Assembly (NCBI RefSeq): GCF_001194135.2
Contig: NC_068982.1
Location: forward strand, 191,483,101 to 191,526,683
DNA from: Octopus bimaculoides
Taxonomy: Eukaryota
Length of the DNA stretch: 43,583 nt
Direction: 5' to 3'
A program made the translations under genes and the position numbers. Numbering within the stretch: position 1 is the first letter of the stretch; every line of letters starts with the position of its first letter. The notes under the pieces were generated by a model. It had not been told where the DNA came from. It ran no database searches and saw nothing but the letters and a program-made list of their open reading frames with translations. Shown piece by piece: positions 36,290 to 43,583 of the stretch.

Positions 36290-37755
36290 TAATGCGTGGA
36301 AATAAGAAACGATTCGCCATTTCTTCTCGTCGTCTGCCGTGCAGCTGGACTTAATCCCAAACTCGCACCCTGCACGTGCACCTAACAATAGCGGCTGCTA
36401 ATACCGATTCATCTCTGCTCACCTCACGTCAGTTCGTCGTGAACGCCCAAGGCAAAAGAGGACGACCTTGGTCTTCCTTCCCTCACTTCCTCTCTCACTC
36501 TTCTTGTTCTGGTCAAGTCCCTTGACCGTTGACGTCACAACCCTTTCCTTCCGGCTCATCTCATCCCCATACGCCCTCTGATCTCAAAGATCACCTCCTC
36601 ACTTTACTCAACGTTAAAATCTGATATCCACCTGGGTGGACGCCTCACACACTGTGATCTCCGTAGGGAAGAACCCTCGTTCTCTTCCTCTCCTCCACTG
36701 ACGTCCAACGAAACGACAATCCTGCGAACATCCAAGACGTGATGCAGCATTCCATCCACAGAAACGTTATTTTTTTATGTTAACAGCCGTCACTTTTCCT
36801 CTGTTCCACTGAGAGGTATAGCAAGCCTTCGGGTGCTTGACCCAGATTTCCTCTTCCACCCCCACGAAGACAGGCTCTCTCTCTTCTGCAGGGCATTGTA
36901 ATGGTTTACTCGGATGCCGCCATCCACATCTGAACATCGCTCTCTGTGGCACGGACTCTTCGGCCTGTCCTGACCAGAGCAACATATTATACCAGACACT
37001 GCTTCCAGCGTTTAGAGGCGCCCCCCACTCTCTGCCATGGCCTTGATCATTCGATCCCATTTCCACTCGGCCTGTACGCTGCTCTGAAGAAGCGGGGCAC
37101 ATTCCACTTATCAAGCATCTTCTTCAGTATCTCCAAATGAGAAGCAATGCCATTGTCCATCAGCAATTCGTCCACAGAGCCCTGCTCCAGGAATATCTCG
37201 TTTAGAATACATGCAATCTCGCCTGCAGTACTTGTCTTCATTTCCCTCCAAATGGCCATCCGACCCAGCCCACAGTTGACCATCGAGAGATATGTCCCCT
37301 GCCGGTAGTGTGTCACACCCAGCGTCAATCGTCTCCAATTCTGTTCTACCAAGACGTTTCCCTGCTCATACACACCTGGAGCAGGGTCAATGAATTGGCA
37401 CCCATCACAATTCCCGACCACCTCCTGGATGCTCTGCCTAGTAACATCGGAGTCAACCCTCCTGGCAAGATACAAGGTCCTATCCACACCCATATGATGC
37501 ATAGCACGCAGTCTCCTTAGTCCTGAATCATTCAACCGATACACTGCAGCTATCCCCTGCTTCAAATATTTCGGCTCTGTCAACCAGACCTTTTTTACCC
37601 TGGTTAAAACATCTGCCTTGTTCTTTTCTGAAGGCACAGAAACCAGGCCCAGCTTCAAACCAAATTTGACTGCCAGTTGTCCTAGAATCCCTAGGCAGCA
37701 CTTTACTATCATCTCTGCTGCCCCTTTGGTTCGAATCTTCTTTTTGTTGGTGATC
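36290..37755 (-). mobile_element. Gypsy/Ty3 LTR retrotransposon fragment (end of RNase H, integrase, PPT, probable 3' LTR)
   Basis: SEKNKADVLTR (RNase H end); HH...C..C zinc finger; MDNG...SGNGIE core; C-terminus VDG..HVLDVRR...RRSQCVRRPPRWISDF* ending at 36604; purine tract then a putative LTR from 36571. The LTR far end is approximate. Confidence 0.9.
36604..37750 (-). pseudogene. Gypsy pol (RNase H/integrase) pseudogene
   Basis: ORF 37047-37712, continuing in other frames with stops and frameshifts. Confidence 0.88.
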
Positions 37756-37907
37756 TATGGACTAAAGAGAGTACAATGTTAGTCATGAGTGTTTGGAGGA
37801 AAATGATCTGCCCTGTGCGTCATCTTGGACTGCGTTCACCATAGCCTTGTATAGAAAATCCTTGTACAGAACTGTGCACTTCACAGTTCCAGCGACGCGG
37901 TGTTTAG

Positions 37908-38753
37908 CTGTTGTGCACATGCTCACATGCCCAAGATAGGAAGCTTCACACTAGGGAGAGAGAGCACTGCATGAACGACAGTGCCAGGTGAAAGGTAGTG
38001 TTTCTTTTTGACTCCGTATGTGTTGTGCTTAAAAACGTTTATATTCTTGAATGTGATAAAGAGTAGAATTAGATTATTATCCTGCTTCCAGCTTCAGTGT
38101 TGCTGCCAGCATTTGAAATAGGGCAGATTTTCACCCTCTTGTTTTGTGATTTAGGGGGCATTTTTGAAAAACAAGGGGGAATTTGCGCCAGTGTTCAGTG
38201 AACAAATTAAACACACTGCCTGGCTGTGGCTAAAACGCAAACATATCAAGTTTATATACTCTTTTACTCTTTTACTTGTTTCAGTCATTTGACTGTGGCC
38301 ATGCTGGAGCACCGCCTTTAGTCGAGCAAATCGACCCCAGGACTTATTCTTTGGAAGCCTAGTACTTATTCTTTCGGTCTCTTTTGCCGAACCGCTAAGT
38401 TACGGGGACATAAACACACCAGCATCGGTTGTCAAGCGATGTTGGGGGGACAAACACAGACATACAAACACATACACACATACATATATATATATACATG
38501 TATACGACAGGCTTCTTTCAGTTTCCGTCTACCAAATCCACTCACAAGGCATTGGTCCGCTCGAGGCTATAGTAGAAGGCACTTGCCCAAGATGCCACGC
38601 AGTGGGACTGAACCCGGGACCATGTGGTTTGTAAGCAAGCTACGTACCACACATTTATATTATTGTTTCATTTTACACAATATTAAAACAACAGTTAAAC
38701 ATTTTCTGAAGCCCCCCACCACCACCACTAATTTTATCTATGAGCCGCCATTG
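37908..38753 (-). mobile_element. hAT-like element, copy 2, interrupted by a SINE
   Basis: Reverse complement of copy 1; terminus GAGCCGCCATTG at 38742-38753; SINE inserted at 38258-38653. Confidence 0.75.
38258..38653 (-). mobile_element. SINE family A, full length, nested in a hAT-like element
   Basis: Full copy with a (CTTTTA)n tail; hAT homology continues on both sides. Confidence 0.92.
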
Positions 38754-39583
38754 AGATCAAATTCCACCAAAGTTGACTTTGCATTTCATCCTTCTGGAGT
38801 CGATGAAATAAGCACCATTTGCACGCTGGGGTCGATATAATCGCCCTACCCCACCCTTACCCCAAATTCCAGGCCTTGTGCCTAAATCATAAAGGTCTTT
38901 CTAATTCATTCCATACACTCATTTATAATACTGCATATCTTATTTACAGAATTCTCAGCACTGTCTCAGTGAATACGGTGAAGTTTATGTTGAAGAGGTT
39001 TCATAAGATGGAAACCTGTTGTAAATAATCCCTACATATTTGCCAGAATCATTTCCAAACTATAGTCGTACAGTTAATATTGTCTCTAGCTCGCCAGGTA
39101 ATTATTTCTAATTAGACATTTAATAGTAGCCCAAAACGTAACCCATATATATATGTATGCACACGAATGCCTGAGCACGTATGGTCAGTGAATAGAAATA
39201 ATTGTTTTGAAAGCAATAACCATTCCATAATGTCAAAATAGCAATGGCTGCTGCCATTTCCAGATTTTTCTCCACTTATGACGACACGTCTACACAACAA
39301 CAACAACAACAATCATTGCTATACACACACGTATGAAGGAGAGCTTTATTTCACTTCTACAATAATAATAATGATGATAATAATATTAATAATAATAATT
39401 GAATGAATGACTAAATACAAGAAGAAAAGAATGAAAGAGGAGGAGGAGGAGGGAAAGTGACGAAGCTTTGTCATTAAAAATAATTAGTTTGAATAATGTT
39501 GTAAATGGGAAACCTTATAAGGAACAGTTGCCTCCAGCTGGGCTGAAATTACATTTCTACCTTTCTATCTGCATATGTATGTA

Positions 39584-39584
<1 letters not shown>

Positions 39585-39636
<52 letters not shown>

Positions 39637-39662
39637 GTCTGTCTGTCTGTCTACACATATAC

Positions 39663-39697
<35 letters not shown>
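39585..39697. repeat. (TATC)n(TGTC)n(TACA)n(TA)n compound microsatellite
   Basis: Read directly from the sequence; abuts an assembly gap. Confidence 0.97.
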
Positions 39698-40266
39698 NNN
39701 NNNNNNNNNNNNNNNNNNNNNNNNNNNNNNNNNNNNNNNNNNNNNNNNNNNNNNNNNNNNNNNNNNNNNNNNNNNNNNNNNNNNNNNNNNNNNNNNNNNN
39801 NNNNNNNNNNNNNNNNNNNNNNNNNNNNNNNNNNNNNNNNNNNNNNNNNNNNNNNNNNNNNNNNNNNNNNNNNNNNNNNNNNNNNNNNNNNNNNNNNNNN
39901 NNNNNNNNNNNNNNNNNNNNNNNNNNNNNNNNNNNNNNNNNNNNNNNNNNNNNNNNNNNNNNNNNNNNNNNNNNNNNNNNNNNNNNNNNNNNNNNNNNNN
40001 NNNNNNNNNNNNNNNNNNNNNNNNNNNNNNNNNNNNNNNNNNNNNNNNNNNNNNNNNNNNNNNNNACACTCCCCCCCCCACACACACACACATACACCCA
40101 CCCAGCCTCATTTCAATGGTTGCAATATAGCCAAAGGAAAAAAAAACTGTTATAACAATGGATCTAAATTGGTCTGAGTAATATAATATATTTAAATAGG
40201 GGAATGTAATTGCAATACTTAAATATCCCAGAGTCTTTCACAATATATATGAGTGTGTGTGTATGT

Positions 40267-40304
<38 letters not shown>

Positions 40305-40625
40305 ATATACCTAGCTAAATAGGTGTCTGCGTTTATAAACGTAAATAGCTGTTGTAATTACAATATGTCGCTAAATAGCGGTTTCTAATGACGATATTTA
40401 GTGTAATATATATTTGTAATAACGAATATATCTAAGTCACTATATTTACAAAAGGTGACACTTCCTAATTGCAGCTCCCTTCAGTTTTTTTTATCACTAT
40501 GGAGTATGGAGTGGTCCTCCTTGCCAATCTTGACAAGAATTATCATTAAAGCTAATGATTTTTCTTTTTATCAAGCGTGTAATTTTAACTGGTTAAATAA
40601 TTCTTTTGTCCCACTCTATAAAGTA

Positions 40626-41865
40626 TTGGGTCATCCCATAAATAATGCGGTTTTTTATACTTCTTTTATTTTTCAAAATTAAGATAAACAAAGTTCATTT
40701 TTAATCTAAAATATACTCTCCTTCATTTTCTACAATGCTTTTCTATCTCTCTGGTAGACTTGCAAGGTCCCTCTTCCAAAATTTATATGTTTGTGATGAA
40801 AAATACTCTTCCAGTACTGTTTTGACCTCGTCTACAGAATCCATATTTTTTCCGTTCAAATGATTTTGCAGACTGCAGAATAAATGATAATCAGATGGGG
40901 CAATGTCCAGCAAATATGATGGGTGAGGCATGGTTTTCCATTCAAACTGCTCCAGTCTTTGGAATGTCATCCTTGCTGTATGTGGTCGAGCATTATCCTG
41001 ATGGAAGAACACCTTTCGTCTTGAAACCAAAGTTGGTCATTTTCCTTCAAGCACTGACTTAAGCTGTTTAAGCTCCTTGCAGTGGATCTCCTTCGTTAAC
41101 GTTTGGTTTGGGTTTAAAAGTTCAAAGTGGACTAAACCTTTTATATCCCACCAAACAGATAACAACACCTTACGTGAGTGAAGACCTTTTACTCCTTTCC
41201 CTACCTGCTGTCTCAGCGCCTGACATTTTTATAGAGAACCCATTTCTTGTCACCAGTCATTATTCGGTCAAAAAAAAGGTTCATTCGAGAGACATGACAG
41301 CAAAGAAGAGAACACATTCATTCTCTGTACACAATTAGACTTAGAAAGTTTGTGAGGAACCCATTGACCCAATTTCCTGACTTTTCCGATGGCATGCTGG
41401 TGTCGATGAATAGTTCTCTGCTAGTTCCTCAACAGTTACGATGGGATTTTGTTCCACCAGGATTTGCAGGACATCCTCATTGAGCTCTGCAGATCATCCA
41501 GGATGAGGCTCGTCTTCTAGGCTGTAGTTTCCAGCTTGGAATTTCTGGAACCACTGTTGACACTGGCTTTTGCTTATTGCCCGATCCTCATATACTGCAT
41601 TAATATTCTTCGCACTTTCTGTTGCGTTGTGGCCTTCATTGAACTCCTACAGAAAAACATGCTGATTATGCTCCTTTGTCCCTTCCATTATAACTTTGGA
41701 AAAATAACTGTTAAAATCGAACTGCACTCTTCAAAACTTGCACTAAGAAGAAGGTAAAATTACTACCTGCTTTTATAGCAAGTTGATGCAGGTAGTTTAT
41801 CCCGTCCCCCTCCGAGATTTAGGTCATGCAACTGAAAAAACAACAATATTTATGGAATGAGCCAA
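40626..41865 (-). mobile_element. Full-length decayed mariner (Tc1/mariner, DD34D type), 1240 bp
   Basis: Left TIR TA|TTGGGTCATCCCATAAATAATGCGG; right TIR degenerate (AATATTTATGGAATGAGCCAA); transposase remnant inside. Confidence 0.92.
40701..41688 (-). pseudogene. Mariner transposase pseudogene
   Basis: ATG at 41688 (MEGTKEH...); MTGDKKWVLY; HQDNARPH; PHPSYLLDIAPSDYHLF; C-terminus ER*KSIVENEGEYILD*; multiple stops and frameshifts. Confidence 0.92.
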
Positions 41866-42258
41866 TGCATTAGCTCCCACCACTTTACATTATGTTCTTT
41901 ATGCAGAAGGGGTCCATGTGATACATGCTTTTACGTATTTTCATTTTCCAAATTAACCAATGAATCTCCATCTACTGTTTCAATTGTTCTCGTGTCTGTT
42001 AAAGAAGGAAGGTTCTGATAAGTACTTCTACCTGGCAGAAAAACTTGCAAAAAATAGTAGCCAAATCTCTCTGAAATTATACTCTCAATACACGGTGTCT
42101 CATAATAATGTGACGCATTTTATTAGTAATTCAAAGATCGAGAGTTCTCACCAAAGCTTGTTCCAGTTCCAAATACTTGCAATGGAAACGTTTCCACAAT
42201 TCTGAGACAATCTGATGTATGTGTGTACACATATACAAAACGTAATAAATATTCATAC

Positions 42259-42299
<41 letters not shown>

Positions 42300-42742
42300 C
42301 AACGTCGTCTCCTTCATTGGACACGAAACTCGGCTTGCGAAGACCTGTTGGGGCAAACGAAAGCGAAATTGTCATGGCACCTGTGCCCAGCATCGCCTTC
42401 CTGGCACTTGTGCCGGATGGCACGTGTAGTGACATTCGAGCAACATCGTTGCCAGTGCCGCTGAACTGGCTCCTGTGCAGGTGGCACGTAAAATACACCA
42501 TGTTGAGTGTGGCCGTTGCTAGTACCGCCTGAGTGGCCTTCGTGCTGGTGGCACGTAAAAGCACCCACTACACTCTCTGAGTGGTTGGCATTAGGAAGGG
42601 CATCCAGCTGTAGAAACTCTTCCAAATCAGATTGGAGCCTGGTGTAGCCATCTGGTTTCACCAGTCCTTAGTCAAATCGTCCAACCCATGCTAGCATGGA
42701 AGGCGGACGTTAAACGACGACGATGATGATGATGATGATGAT
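42300..42742 (+). mobile_element. RTE 3' UTR fragment with (GAT)n tail
   Basis: Same module and tail sequence as 20970-21268. The left boundary is approximate. Confidence 0.88.
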
Positions 42743-42787
<45 letters not shown>

Positions 42788-42807
42788 CATATATATATGT
42801 ATACACA

Positions 42808-42841
<34 letters not shown>

Positions 42842-43367
42842 GTCGTGGTAGGTTATAAAGGTAGGGTATTTCCAATGAAGCGCTTAACCCCAATTTTGTA
42901 GGATTCCAGACTAATACCGAAATTCTTCTGCTGTAAAAGAAAGATCCTGGTTTCACGATGGTAAAACCATTGTGGGTTTAGGGAAGAGTAGAATTAAAGA
43001 CAAAGAAATTCTTTAACACATCTTTAACAATTCTTTCTCAACCAACGCCAATTTAAGCAAAAAATTCAAAGTGAAGATTTGCGCAATATTTGCAGTTTTA
43101 GACATTAGAGTGGCATTTCGTTAGACTTGCATCAGAGATACCACTTTACATTGTGTGTCTTCCCGACATTGTTTTTTTTGTTTATATAGGGGGGGGGGAC
43201 AAAAAAGTAAATAAAAAGATTGTTAGGAGATGAATAGTTAGTACATACATACATGCATACATACATAAATACATACATCCACGATTCAATCCCACTTTAT
43301 TTGTATTGTATTGTCTTCTACTGTCCCCAATCTTTTTATATGAACCCTCAGTGGTCAATAAAGAAAA

Positions 43368-43368
43368 G

Positions 43369-43443
<75 letters not shown>

Positions 43444-43445
43444 TT
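43368..43445. repeat. (ATT)n microsatellite
   Basis: Read directly from the sequence. Confidence 0.97.
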
Positions 43446-43583
43446 ATGTTTGACTTTTGTTTTGCATTTGTACAAGTTGGATCCAAGTCTCACCCAGAGA
43501 CCTCAAGAGACAACAAGTTAGAAGTTCATGTAGGTGTTATGCCTAGGGTACCATATATTTGTATTTGTACAGTTTTGTTCAAG

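Larger units (their letters stand above)
36035..37847 (+). repeat. Pair of ~86-bp direct repeats (36035-36120 and 37761-37847) flanking the Gypsy fragment
   Basis: ACTAAAGAGAGTACAATGTTA...CGTTCACCAT.GCCT, with about 6 substitutions and 1 indel by eye. Confidence 0.85.

Noticed and set aside
1-43583. CRISPR arrays, operons, rRNA or genuine tRNA genes
   Set aside because: This is eukaryotic intron-containing DNA; the repeats are SINEs and microsatellites without repeat-spacer periodicity, and the tRNA-like sequences are SINE heads.

Overview
This is repeat-rich, AT-rich animal genomic DNA with five N-gaps. The SINE, RTE and microsatellite content looks like Octopus; that species assignment is pattern recognition, not a database result. 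The only intact host gene I can support is a 7-exon galactokinase (GALK1, GHMP kinase family) on the minus strand, with CDS spanning 26510 to 11031. It assembles into 1170 nt (389 aa plus stop) with consistent GT-AG phases, all catalytic motifs and a tandem-CCAAT promoter. The rest is largely transposon-derived: several tRNA-headed SINE families, RTE LINE fragments, two R4/Dong fragments beside (TAA)n tracts, a Gypsy pol plus LTR fragment, a full-length decayed mariner, two inverted hAT-like copies, two GG-ended MITEs with 8/9-bp TSDs (Merlin- or MULE-like) and a 91-bp mini-Helitron. I found no clear novel multi-gene system. The best leads are RNA-structure candidates in the GALK1 pre-mRNA (a CpG-rich hairpin cluster in intron 1, and alternating inverted RTE tails bracketing exon blocks) and an orphan promoter plus first-exon-like segment at about 33 kb. 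Repeat boundaries given as approximate were read by eye.
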